Shown here piece by piece: positions 36,201-48,700 of a stretch of DNA of 64,000 nucleotides (within the stretch, counting starts at the first letter, position 1; the number at the start of each line of letters is the position of its first letter). The stretch is from Chrysomallon squamiferum (taxonomy: Eukaryota; Animalia; Mollusca), in the NCBI GenBank assembly GCA_012295275.1, contig CM022665.1:9176001-9240000 (forward strand), in the 5' to 3' direction. The notes below the pieces were generated by a model that ran no database searches, was not told the DNA's origin, and saw nothing but the letters and a program-made list of their open reading frames with translations. Position numbers and translations under genes: made by a program.

Positions 36201-39200
36201 TATTTCTCTCATCCTCCTCCCTCTCTAACTTGGAAGATTCAGTCTTCAAATCTTTATCCTGTTTTGGTTTTGACAGTTTCTTTTCTAATGATCTTGATTT
36301 TGTTACTTCCTTTTTCTTTTCATCTGGTGAATCTTCTTTCTTATCTTCAAGTGAAACCACTGTCAAGTTGGATGTGTTTGATTTTTTCTGTCTATCTTTC
36401 TGAGAATCTGATGGAGATGGAACAAAGTGGGGTGGATAACTGTACATATCAGGTGTAATACCAGGATAGCCAGGGTATCCTGGAGGTGGAAACATTACAG
36501 GTGGCATAGAACCATCTGGGTAAAGTGGATATCCATGTGTTATTGGTGATCCATAAGATAGCAGGACTGCCTGCGGCTGACTTGGATTACTTACTTGACC
36601 ATAGTAATGAGGATATTCTGGAGGTATAGAATGTGGATCAAAATATGGCTGAGATGTTTGTGGCTGCAAAAGATATTCTTGATTCCAGTCATTACCACTG
36701 GTAATTGCCCATTGATTGGATGTTGGTGACTGGTCATTTTCCACTGATTTATTGTGTTCATAATGTCTGCCATATTCTGGAGACTTGCTACGTTTTTTTT
36801 CTGAATGAGGCCTCTTAGGTTTAGCATAGGATGATTTTGAATTGTCATCAGACGACTCTGACAAAGAGTCAAAGTCATCATTTATTTTCTGTTTTTTGGA
36901 ATGTCTGTCAATTATACCTTTTGGTTCTTGATTCTGAAACTGTTTTGCCATATTTTCATGAGATCTTAATAATGTCTGTCTATTTGCATCTTTCTCCGAA
37001 GTAACATCGTGCATTGGTGGATTATTCTCAAACAGATCATCTCTAACATCACTACAAATACCTCCACCAAGAAATGAAGCTGTCTGATTAATACTGATAC
37101 CAATATGTGGTTCACCGTATTTCTTCTGTTCTCTTTCTTTCTTTTGTTTTGCTAATTCTTGCATTCGTTTGGAGAGCTCAAAATCAAAGCCAATAGATTT
37201 TAAAATATTTTGGACAGTTGAGTCAATGTCCTCATCTTTTTTAACATTATCACTTTTGTCAAGACCATCTGTTTTTGATAAACATTTATCACCATCAGAG
37301 GTTTGTATACACCATTCACTATCTCTCTTTGGATTTGGTCCATGAATTTTTTCATGCAAAGCAAATAATTTAGCAGACAAAGCACTGTCTCGAGGTGCTG
37401 CTGCAGCCCAGAAGGGTAAACTACTTTCAGGAACTGAATTTCCATTTGAAGGTTCATCTGAAATTTGATTTTTATTCACAGTAGGAAATGAACTGCTGGA
37501 TTTTTTGTTGTTGTCCTGGTGTTCTCCATAAAGAAAGTTTTCCTCATCTTCAATATCCATGTCATAAGCAACAAGCCCAGCAAGAACATGCTTTCTATCA
37601 CAGTTTTCTTTGATATTCTGGCTGAGAAATGATTCATGGGTTAAAGATTCTGAGTAAGTTTGCTGATATCTATTTTCTTGTGAATCCATCTGGTACGCTG
37701 TGTGAATTAATTCTTGTTTCTGGTCTCCAGATTTCTTAAGGATAGACTTAAGGGGACGAGAAGGTTTTGCTAGTGACGGTTCTGCTCTATAGCTATCAGG
37801 TTTATCTGCAGACCTGAGGTACCAATCAACTTCTTCTGCTGGAGATGGTTTTCCATGATAATAATTAATTTTTTGAGAAATGAGTGATTCTTGCAGTTTT
37901 CCTTCTGTTAAGTGTCTGTTAGATTCTTTTTCTTCTTCGGATGGACTCCTACTATATCCTGTAGGTGTTTCCCTCTGATCTTTGTTATTTTTTCTTTCTC
38001 TTGACCATTCTCTCTCATTTTTCTCACTCTGTCTGTAATGTTCTTTATCTTCCTTAACATAGCTCTCATTCTTGTAATATTGTTCTTGACTTCCCTGCCA
38101 TGCCTTCTCCCAGCTGTTTTCTCTAATAAATGGACTAGAGCAACTCACCCTTTCAACAGGCTGGACACTATTACAATCACTGTATAGCTCTCTTGAATTC
38201 CTTTTGTTTCTACCATGCTCTAAGTTACTTTGCTTTAATTCATGATGCTTGTTCCAACTGCTTGAATTTCTTCTTTCGTCATATTTTTCTTTCATGTCAC
38301 TTCTACTATTATGCCTTTTGTTATCCCTGCTGTTTCTTCTAACTCCGTGTTCATTCTGACTGTCATACCTCCTGTCATAATCAGGGCTATCATTTTCTCT
38401 GGAAGCTTCATCAACTGGGGGTCCAAGACGTTTGTATAAAGGAGGAAACCTTTCAAGAGACTGTTCAGATGGTTTGTTTTCAGAAAAAGGTGAATCTCTG
38501 TGTCTAGAACTGTGTTCTTTATAGAATATGTCATTACCAACAGTGATTCTCAGTGGAGATGGAGATAGTCTTGGATGCTGTAAAATACATGAATGTTAAT
38601 TAAATTAAGTTAATAGAAATATAAAACTTTAATACAGATACACTATACAGTTGTTTTAAATAATGTCAAGTTATTTACCTAAGCATAAGGTGATCAGCAA
38701 AGACAACAACAACAAAAAAAAGCTTTTACAATGAATAACATTTTCTGTTACAGAAAATGAAAAATCAGAAATACTAATATCATTCAAAGAAAACAGAAGG
38801 GACAAAAAATTAAAATAAAATAGGTATTTCAAATGTTTTTTCAATACAGATTATGAAAAGCTGAAAAAAACATATTTAATTTGCATATCCTAGTGCTTTA
38901 AGGACAAGCATTTCAGACCATTGAACGAAAAACTACATGAACAATGTATAAATAATAATTAGTGAAAAATAAACTAGGGTTTACTTCATATAATTTATTA
39001 ATATTTTATGTAGACCATTATAATAAAGGTTTTGGGTTTTATACTTTCAGGAATACAGTCAAACCTTTAAACCTTTATTTGTATGGGTTAATTGTTACAA
39101 TAAACTGTTATCAGATACATTTGGTTTTGTACTTTGAAAATGAACCTATATGACATGCATCCACTTTATTTTTGGAGATAATATGGTATTGTCATTATAA

Positions 39201-40304
39201 CAAAGACAAAGCAAGTTGTCTCTTTATTATAAAATATTATCTGGGTAAGATGTAGATCATACTACCATTATAATTAAACTTGAATACTGTGTTGTAAAAG
39301 TGACAGTAATAGCCATAGCATCCTAAACTAGCTGCCTAAAAACATTAACTTAAACAAAAATGAAAAATAAAATAATAAGTACATATACACTGAATAATTG
39401 TTTAATAAAAAAAAAAAAACTTTCTCAATGATTAATTTTGTTACATATTATTATTAGTCCTAAACAAATTACATTTCTGTGTTGCATACGAGTCTGAAAT
39501 CTTTATGCAGTGGATAAAATATCAACAAAAGATAGATTTCCATTTCATCAGTAAAAAGACAAGTGACTGGATGACAACAATACTCTATATACTCGCTTAT
39601 ATATTATATATCAGGCCATTCCATTTGTTATCTATGTTTACATACAATTTATATGTTAAATAACAAATTGTGACCATTTCATGTGTATGTATATTTATAT
39701 AATGCTGGACTTTTTGTTAACTACACTACTGTGCTAAAACAAGCAAAAATACTAACAGAGAGTTGGGTGCCAGACATTGTAATAAATTATTGAAACCGTG
39801 GGTATATCAACATATATCAGACAGGGCATGATGAAATGGTTGTAAAACATTATAAAATGTTTTAGTTTTTCATATTCCAATCTAAATCTTAGAGAGAAAA
39901 AAAAAATACATTATATATTTTTCATATGATTACAAACTATTTTTCTTTTTATATTCTTCGGTGTTTCGTTTTTCTATGTCGGTATTTGAATTTGCATTTA
40001 CATGTTGTCGTTTTCTTGCAGGCGAAATGGAACGATCTCTGAAAGGTCTGTCGTATTCTTCAAGATGTTCTCTAAGATCTCGCTCTTCTCTTCTCGATAA
40101 GGGTTTCCCTTTTTCGTGCGATGATTCGCGATCAAATGGCCTTGGTCTGTTGTCGCGATCTCTGTTAGTACTACGTTCATCGCGAATTCGATGCGATTCG
40201 TCTCCATCACGTGTAAAATTACCCCTCTTTCTGCCTCGTCCTCTAAATGGTCTTCCTCTAAAACCAAATGATCGGCTATACGATTTTCCTCTTGTAAAGA
40301 CCAT
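30146..40304 (-). CDS. ZNF318: Zinc finger protein 318-like gene (two matrin/U1-type zinc fingers), 7 coding exons
   Basis: Family motifs LRITVGND, LKSILKK, IEDEENFLYGE, coiled coil RRRQRDGHKDPLL, finger 1 DAGHHWCRSC..HLQSKKH, DPFERPW, finger 2 FYCSLCKEFSGD..HLKSDKH, NPFYEKR. Confidence 0.88.
30552..33534 (-). CDS. ZNF318: ZNF318-like large exon 6 (low-complexity acidic tail), broken by two compensating frame changes near 32670 and 31800
   Basis: cag|SYMEKNPFYEKRF...; ORFs 32644..33546, 31757..32344 (open upstream to about 32693) and 30535..31821 tile the interval; donor G|gtaagt after 30552. Confidence 0.75.
33865..33983 (-). CDS. ZNF318: ZNF318-like exon 5 (zinc finger 2)
   Basis: cag|.VEFMMSVSAFYCSLCKEFSGDVTCASAHLKSDKHNNNYR|gtaagt. 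Confidence 0.9.
34232..34328 (-). CDS. ZNF318: ZNF318-like exon 4
   Basis: tag|RTDPFERPWLESTLNDLDKKIPEGPCQTCPLK|gtatta. Confidence 0.88.
35258..35407 (-). CDS. ZNF318: ZNF318-like exon 3 (zinc finger 1)
   Basis: cag|DLLKLDKKDKEKKVNYQYIDAGHHWCRSCNHVTLSVFEYLSHLQSKKHQQ|gtatca. Confidence 0.9.
35710..38577 (-). CDS. ZNF318: ZNF318-like exon 2 (2868 nt)
   Basis: cag|HPRLSPSPLRITVGND... continues in frame into ORF 35659..38295; ends STRE|gtatgc. Confidence 0.92.
40002..40304 (-). CDS. ZNF318: ZNF318-like exon 1 (RG/RD-rich N-terminus)
   Basis: MVFTRGKSYSRSFGFRGRPFRGRGR...SISPARKRQH|gtaaat; phase 0 matches exon 2. Confidence 0.82.
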
Positions 40305-40624
40305 GATTGTGCAACTTAATTGCAACTACTTCCCCGAGAAACGGCGGCCATATTACTTTCACCAAATATAAACCTTTGCGCTTGCGCAGAAGGATTACGA
40401 CAATAATTCACATTATTTAGAATTTTAATACTCTTGTAACTATTGATATTTGTTTTTTAAATTATATATTTAGTTATCTCTATTTTGATCTTCTATATGT
40501 TTGTTATAAACATTATGTCGTAAACTATTAAAAAGCGTTCGCACGCAATGATTCTGGTTACCTTTCACCCATTCCATTTCCACAGGTCACGATACTCCGA
40601 TTTTGCAATAAAAGAGAAAACATA

Positions 40625-40662
<38 letters not shown>

Positions 40663-40664
<2 letters not shown>

Positions 40665-40708
40665 GATGGTGATGATGATAATATTATTATTATCATCATC
40701 ACCATCAT
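40663..40708. repeat. Perfect 21-bp inverted repeat with 4-nt loop, next to a (TAAA)n tract
   Basis: atgatggtgatgatgataata-ttat-tattatcatcatcaccatcat. Confidence 0.9.
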
Positions 40709-41208
40709 ACTAATGTTTAAATGTAATTTTTAATATCTGAAATATATAACAATGACTATTGATTAAATCCAATACGATTAAAGAACTTTCTAATATTACT
40801 AGAATAGGTCTGGAATGTCAACACATACTATTTATAAACTCTATAACAGTTAGTGTTTTATAAAATATATAATAATATATAATATTAAGCATAGTGGTAG
40901 TAGTAGTTTAAACATAATTATATATTTTCTGGCATTTGTCAATTATGACTTCATGCAGACATGTACTGTACCCAAGTTAGTTTATATATTATTTTGATAA
41001 TTTATAATTAAATATTATTTTTGTTAGTTTCATATGCTGTATGTAATACATTTCCAAGTACTTGACCTTCCTTGTTGACCTTCCTTGGTTACTTAGCTTT
41101 TAGGGCCCATAATTATATATGCCACAACGAGAATCTTCAACAAAGTAATTTCATTTAATTTTGAGAAACAATTAAATTAATTAATTTTTGGTTCTTAATT
41201 ATTAGTAA

Positions 41209-41263
<55 letters not shown>
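41209..41263. repeat. Compound (CT)n(TA)n microsatellite
   Basis: Direct reading. Confidence 0.9.
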
Positions 41264-41266
<3 letters not shown>

Positions 41267-41925
41267 TTTTATTCTTCATTTTTTTAAATGGATCCAAAAT
41301 TAACAGCAATTTTGACATAAAATTAATATGCTTGTCACGGAATGAGACGAAGAATAAACTTTGACCCGGAAGCAAAAACTTTGATGAGCCTAAAACTAAG
41401 TCCGCCATATTTGTTTGGTGTGGATGTTGCTGAATGACTAATCTGAAGAAGGTTAATTTTACTCCACACTTTCTTAAATATTGTTTAAACCTTTATATTG
41501 CATTTGTTGTTTGTATTTCGTTTCAATTTAACAATCGTTAATAATTAGTATCTTTTCTTATTATCTGAATTGTTAATTTGTTTCATTTTCTTCTTGTTGA
41601 AAATTCTGCTTTTTCATAAGATAAAAGGTGTGATTTGTTTCCGCCAGTTTGTACAGATACAGGTATGCTGCCGATTTTTTAGCATGTTTATTAGGAGAAA
41701 AAACAGTTAAAACTAATAAACTGAAAATTCAATTGCCGCATGGATGACGACACAATACTGAATACGTTTTACGTGCAACTAGATGATCTATTGAAAGTAG
41801 ATGGCGGCGATGCTGTTTTAATGTTTAAAATGATTCATTGATTGTCATTAAAAAACACACAAAAAAATGCCCCAACATATTAATGTTTGGACTTATCATC
41901 ATTGTTTTCACAAATCAAAGATCAA

Positions 41926-41959
<34 letters not shown>

Positions 41960-42294
41960 GCTAAACAATTAAAATCTTTATTATTTTTGCTGTAGACATT
42001 GCTAATGATCAAATGTACATATGACATACTAATTACTATAATATGTATGCAGTGGAGCATTTAGTCTTAATGGCTTCAGTCGTTACTATAGTTTCAAAGG
42101 CCATTACTATCAAGCACATTAAATGATTTTCACTTTACTGTACCAATATTATATAAATTGTTAGTTAATTAATATGAGTTGTAATAAAGAAAATAGATAT
42201 TTGATGTTATAATTTAAAGCACAACAGAACTGAGTGGTAATGCTAGAGAGACAGTTGGTGTACATGACTGTGGTGACTATAAAATGAAAATTAT

Positions 42295-42325
<31 letters not shown>

Positions 42326-42693
42326 GTTTATTTTTATTAATATTATTTTTAATTATAACTTTAAAAAAAAAAAAAAAAAAAAAAAAAATTAACTTTTGGT
42401 TGTTTTTTTTGTGTGCAAAAACAGTGATAATACGTTTCTATATTAATGTGTTTTACTAATATAATGATTTTACAGAGCATCCAGCTACACATAAAATGTA
42501 TGGCAAGATTGTCAGGCACCTCTTGAACCACCAAAAAATATACATTACCTTCTTTTCTAAAGTGTGTTCAGAAATAACAAGCTACCAATAGGTTTCTGAT
42601 AAAAACTAGTTTTGGTATGTAGAAGTAAAATACATTTATCCTGTGATATTAATTACATTTTACCAATATTTTATTGTGTTTTTTAGTTTCAGT

Positions 42694-42772
42694 ATGTGGG
42701 CTACACCTTTTTCAAATGCTGGATGGACATCACTGCAGCAGGTGAATTTTCAAAATGTTCCACATGATCAAG
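42694..42772 (+). CDS. PNISR: PNISR first coding exon
   Basis: MWATPFSNAGWTSLQQVNFQNVPHDQ G|gtaatt. Confidence 0.8.
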
Positions 42773-45700
42773 GTAATTTCAGTTTGACTTTCATAAGAAG
42801 CTCATTTTATTTTATTGAAGATATATCTATGCAGTACTGATAATATAATTTTTTTTATTTTGTCAAATTATAGCTAATGTTTGTAATGATGACTTTTAAT
42901 GTTGCATAACCATTTTTAATTTTTAATTAAATGTTTGTTTTTACCAATTTAATCTCAGGAATTCCATGTAGCCAAGTAATATAATCAAAATGGTTTGTTC
43001 ATTCTTCTGAAACCTTCAACTATAATATTTAAGATTTGTTACAAGAGTTTTTTGCAGAAGGTTGAAACACCAGTTTAGTCTGCTTTAGTGGCCGACTCTA
43101 AGTTAGCATATTGTTATCTTTTAATTGTTCAGTGTCATGAATTTGTACAGGCTGCAGAAAGTTATGAACATTCAAAATACTCTTTTTGCTAAAAACATTC
43201 AAGTATGGATGTTGTTCATTTATTAAATGCTGGAATATTACCAAGGCTCATAGCATGTCACATATTTGTTTTGGTATTTTAATTACACTTAACTAAAAGT
43301 TATTTCTGATGAATTTAGTGCATGAAGTTAAAAAAGAGAGAACATTATTTATAAAATTATCTCCTTGTAAAGAAATTAAAGTAGTTTTTAGACTGTTAGC
43401 AGAAGGTCAATGTTACTGAAAAGTTGTAGTTGATTTAGTATACTAGATTCTTTAAAACATTTTTGGTTATACTTTGCTAGTTTTATCTATGTTTTATTGT
43501 TTGGCAAAAAGGTTGAATAAAGCAGTTCAACTAATATTTTTCACTGTTTGGTATTTAAATGCAGAAATGTCTGGATTAATTACCAAAATCATTTATATGC
43601 TATGTATTGCTATCAGATATGTAAAAAATAAATAAAGAAAGAAATAATAATAACAAAATGTTCTGTTAGTATGACAAAACTTTAAAAATGTGACTTTTAA
43701 AGTGATCCAACATTCTCAATTAAAATAACTTAAAATTTATTGTGACAAAAATTATGATGCCATTATATACCATTTTCATGAGTGTTTGATTAACATGGAT
43801 CTATCTGTATTTAACTATTTTGAGTTTATTTTAGTAATAAATAACAAAGTGGATATGTCTGAGTCTTAAAACACCTTTTTTTTTTTTTTATCCATTAACA
43901 GTTAAGCTTGTGAGATCCTTATAGTTATACCTGTATATTTGATCTTAACAACTGAAACTTGGTGATTCTTCAAGACATTTAGCAATATATTTTTAATTTG
44001 TCATTCTTTAACAGAGAAAGAGTCTGCAGAAAAATGATAAAAGTTTACAAACATTTTGTTTTAATGCTTTTAAATTTCAAGCTTTATAGAAGTAAATATT
44101 TTTAAATGTTCTTTCAAACAGTAAAAAAAAAATAATAAATTAATGTTTGGTAATAAAAGCTTTGAACATTTTTCATTTCAACCTATTAATTGTCAGCATC
44201 CATATTTTTATGAATGTTTCATTGCAGTTGACTGGGCATCTCTTGCAAAACAATGGATAGCACAGCGTGAAGCTGTTGGGTTTACACCAGAACAGTCAGT
44301 GAATCCACCACCACCACCACCTGAAAATGTCTTGCCACCACCACCACCACCTGCTCAAGAAGGAGACCAAAATGAAATGGAAATATCTGATGAGGAAAAT
44401 GGTGTGCATCATGAACATGGTACATATTAATTACAAAAAAAAAATGCATTATGTCTAGTGTATACACATTGTATGGTCTTTTGTTTATTTTATTTTGTTT
44501 AACATGATGCAGAATCATGGTCAGGTAAATTGATTTCAGTGATTATTTTTGGAATAGTAAATTTCTAAAACTGTCATTCATGCTCACACATTGGTCATCT
44601 GTTTAAAATTAACCCATACCTATATCATGCTCAGAATCATTATACAAAAATGTAATTATTTTGTGAGACTTAATTTTTCATTGAAATGACCATTCAGTTT
44701 GTATTTATTTTAACAATCACTGTTTAGGATTTCGTGGACCACCTCCAGGAGTGAATAACTGGACTTGGAATGAAAGACCACCATGGGAACCACCTCAGAA
44801 TAACTGGGGTATTCATCCCCCTATGGGAGATGCTGTAGTAAGTTTTTAAAATACTTCTGTCAAACTGAAATTATAATAGGTAATAAATAGGTAAACATTC
44901 ATAGAAAGTGAATTACACTTTTATCCAGTTAAGCATGAACATGGCAATATATAAAGAATGTTAAATTATAATAAACTAACAAATAAAATCAGCTATATTA
45001 TTATCAGTGGGGGTTTTTCTTTCACATTTTGAATTATATTTATTTATTTATTCTTTAATATTTCATTAAGAATATAGTTTTTAATTAAATGCCTAGTTGT
45101 CAGTTAATTTTAACACTGTTAACACATGTATATTTTAGAGGCCACCTAATTTTGATTTTAACCAAGGACCAGTGCCATTTTCAGACAGCTATGATTATAA
45201 CCATGGATCAGAACCATTCCCATATGATCAGGTACCTATTTTGTTTAGTTTTTTTGTTATTTCTAAGAAAAATTTTACTTTTAACTATCTTCAGGATGGC
45301 TGAAGTCTTACACTTAACAGCCAGTTATAAAGGTTTATGTGGTGTGAAAAGAATTAAAAGAAGAATTAAATCAGTCTGACTGTAATGTCTGAGTGAAAAT
45401 AAATTATTAGGTTATAAACTTAGATACTGAAGTTTAATTGACAGCAGTACTCTTCTGATGAATGTGGACTTTTGATAATGGCATAGTAATAAATGTCTGA
45501 TAATAAATATTTATACATTTTAAAACTATTTTTCATTTTTCTTTTAATCAGTCACTTCATATTTTTTTAAGGTTATTTATTACTTTTGTATGGCTATGTT
45601 ACACATGTTGATTCTTTAATATTTAAATAGTTAAAGAATATATATATTTTTTTATGCTGCAAATTACCTTATTTGTATTACAGCCAGGAGAACCTCCTCC

Positions 45701-48700
45701 AGCTGATTTCAATAGTCAGTTTTGGGGAGCACCACCTCCACATGCAGATGCAATCACACCTGTTGGTCGACATCCAAGACATCAAAGAAGCAGATATCAT
45801 TCACCACCTCTCCAAGAACTGGATGATTCTGGATTGGGTAGGTCTTTAATAAATAAATAATTATCTGCCACCATCATGTTTATTATTTTTGAATTTATCA
45901 CAAACAATATTTTAATGAAAATAAAATTATTTCACAATTTATGTAAGTAAAATTTGAATGCAAATTCCCTGAATCTACCATTTTGACACTGGTTATAGTA
46001 TAGTATTTTATGTGTGTGTTTGAGTAATTATTTAAATTATTTGAAATATTTCTTTGAGTATCTCTGGTGCTTTTCAAAAATTATTTCTGAAATCACTCTT
46101 TTGTTTCTAAAGATTTTAATTTTTTTTATAAATTTACCAGGAAATTAAAAAAGGAATTACAATGGAATGACTTAATATTATTTATCATTATTAAGATGCA
46201 CAAAAGCGAAAACAGCTGCCTGCTTGGATAAGAGAAGGTTTAGAAAAGATGGAAAGAGAAAAACAGAAAAAAGAAGAAAAGGAACGCCTCAGGCAACAAG
46301 GAAGAAGAAGCTCGTCTAAAACGAGAACAAGCTGAGAAAGAAGCTGCCAAAGAAATTTTGAATGAAAAATCTGGAACTCCCTTGTTACCAAAGAAGAGCA
46401 GATTTGTAAGTCAAGAAAAATTATTGAGTCACTAACATCAAAGTTCATTAAAATCTTTATTCATATTAGGTTATTAATGTTTAGTTTACATGTTTAATTT
46501 ATTTGAGAGGATGCTATATTTATATAAGTAACTAACAGCCATAACATTCATTACTAATAGAATACATTGGTTTCAGTTTTTGCTATTTTTTATTGTTCCT
46601 GTGATGAATCTGAATTTTTAAACTCTGTGTTTCACTATTGCAGTGTTTAATTTGATAGCTGTTCTTGCTTTTAGAAAATAATATCATTAAAAAAATGTAT
46701 TACATTACCTAACCTGCAAACATTTAAAAAAAATATGGTTTCAGGATTCTGATGATGAAGATGAATCTCCTAACAGAATAGGATCAGCATTAACAAGCCC
46801 TACAAAGATTGAGGTTAAAAAAAGATCACCTTCTCCAGAACAGGAAAAAAGTGAGGAGGAAAAACAAATAGAAATGGTATGCTCTAATATTGTATTTTTA
46901 TTTTATATAGTTATCTTTTCAGAATGTCACAGATACATTTACTGTCATTTGACAGTTTTAATTTTTAATATTACATCACATTTAAATTGCATGTAATAAA
47001 GACAATTCTTAATGTTTTGTTAGATGAATAAAGTTCGAAAATGGATGATGGAAATACTCCTTGAAGTCACCAATCAAGAGATAGAACTTGTAGCCAAAGA
47101 TGTATATTACAAAGCACGAAACCAGGCTGCGAAAGGTAAATTCAGTTTTAAAATAGTTGGAAGACATTTTAAAAATGAACTTATAATTTTGTTATTTTGT
47201 GTATTTCAGACTTGTAGAAAATACAAAAAGACAGTGAATAAAATTAAATTTAACACACATGATTTGCCTTCGTTTAGCTTGCAGCAGTTGGGCTTTTATT
47301 TTTATTTTGCTTTGTACAATTAAATATTTTATTTTTGGCTGCAACCTATATTATAGATTGCAGCATACATTTACATGGTGTACTTTAAAGATCAGTATTT
47401 ATTAAATATTTTAAATAAATACCAAATAAACAGCTTTTTTATTTACTAGGACTATGAAATGATAATAGTTAATGTATAAAATAATTGATTATTTTGGTAT
47501 TGATTCCAGATAATTGTTCACTGAAATTTTCTTCCAAGATTCGCAATTCTTTATAATTTAAAAAAAAAAAAAAAAAAACCCACTACCTTAAAGCAAATTA
47601 TTAGCATTGAGGGATTTCAGAAATTACATTTTTGACCAAGAGTTTGCATGATTAATCAAAATTAAAATACTGAGCCTCCATCTTTTCTTTGAAGTGTATC
47701 AATATATACAAACAATGGCCTGATACATTTTGTGTGTTTCCATGTCATGTTTTTGTTTGTTTCTGTTCCCAATTTTTGCCAGTAATAAAGTACAGCTAGT
47801 ATAATTACTGTACTCTTCATGTAATGATGTGGTGTAGAGTATTGGTTAACTGAATTTGTTTCTTATGTTACAAGAAATGCTGTTAGCTGAGAAGAAAATA
47901 TACAATGATGACGGTATTAGAGACTATTTTAATATTTGCCCAAACTGATTTTCCAAATAGTAAAACATGAATATTTACCATAAGAAAGGCATGTGGGTGA
48001 GTTGCACAGCATCAAAAAAGAGACCAGTTACATTAATGTTATAAGCCATGAGAGATGAGCATGTTAATTTTCATAACAGATAATTTTAAAATTACTGAAA
48101 AAATGCAGCACATATTAAATTTGTATTTTTGTTATTTTGTACATAGTCTACTGTTTCCATGTAAAATGGATTAGCATGATTGTTCTATCTGAAAATACTT
48201 AATAGTTCAGGTATAAATTAAAAATAGCCTTGAACTAAATTTCATTTTAACCAATCAGCTATTCTGTTTTTTCTCAGAAGATATGAATTCAGCTAATTTG
48301 TTCTGTGTATGTATTATTGTCTTGATTACTATACAAACAGAAAAAAATAGTAACTTTTAAATAATCTGTTGATTGCTGTACTTTGTTATTAATAAAAATT
48401 GGTTACCAGAAACAAATAAAACAATTTAAGCACCTGTAAAATGTATATAGGCAGTTCATTCACATTACTTACACTGATGTCATTAAATCCTTTTGAGCTT
48501 AAGGTATGTTAGATTCCTACATTTTTTCATGCAGTGAAAATATATTTTTAATGTAATTACGTCAGCCACCGTGATTTTCATTCTGAAAAGAAAAGATTAA
48601 CACGTAAATATTTTGAAAAGTATAATAATTAATGTTGATCTAAAAGATCATCATCATACTCATATTATAATTGGTCTCTAATTCAAAACAACATGGATTA

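Larger units (their letters stand above)
40340..41460. promoter_or_regulatory. Divergent promoter region of ZNF318-like and PNISR
   Basis: YY1-like GGCCATATT (40346-40354), NRF1-like TGCGCTTGCGCA (40377-40388), ETS-like CCGGAAG (41366-41372), YY1-like CCGCCATATT (41402-41411); head-to-head genes. Confidence 0.6.
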
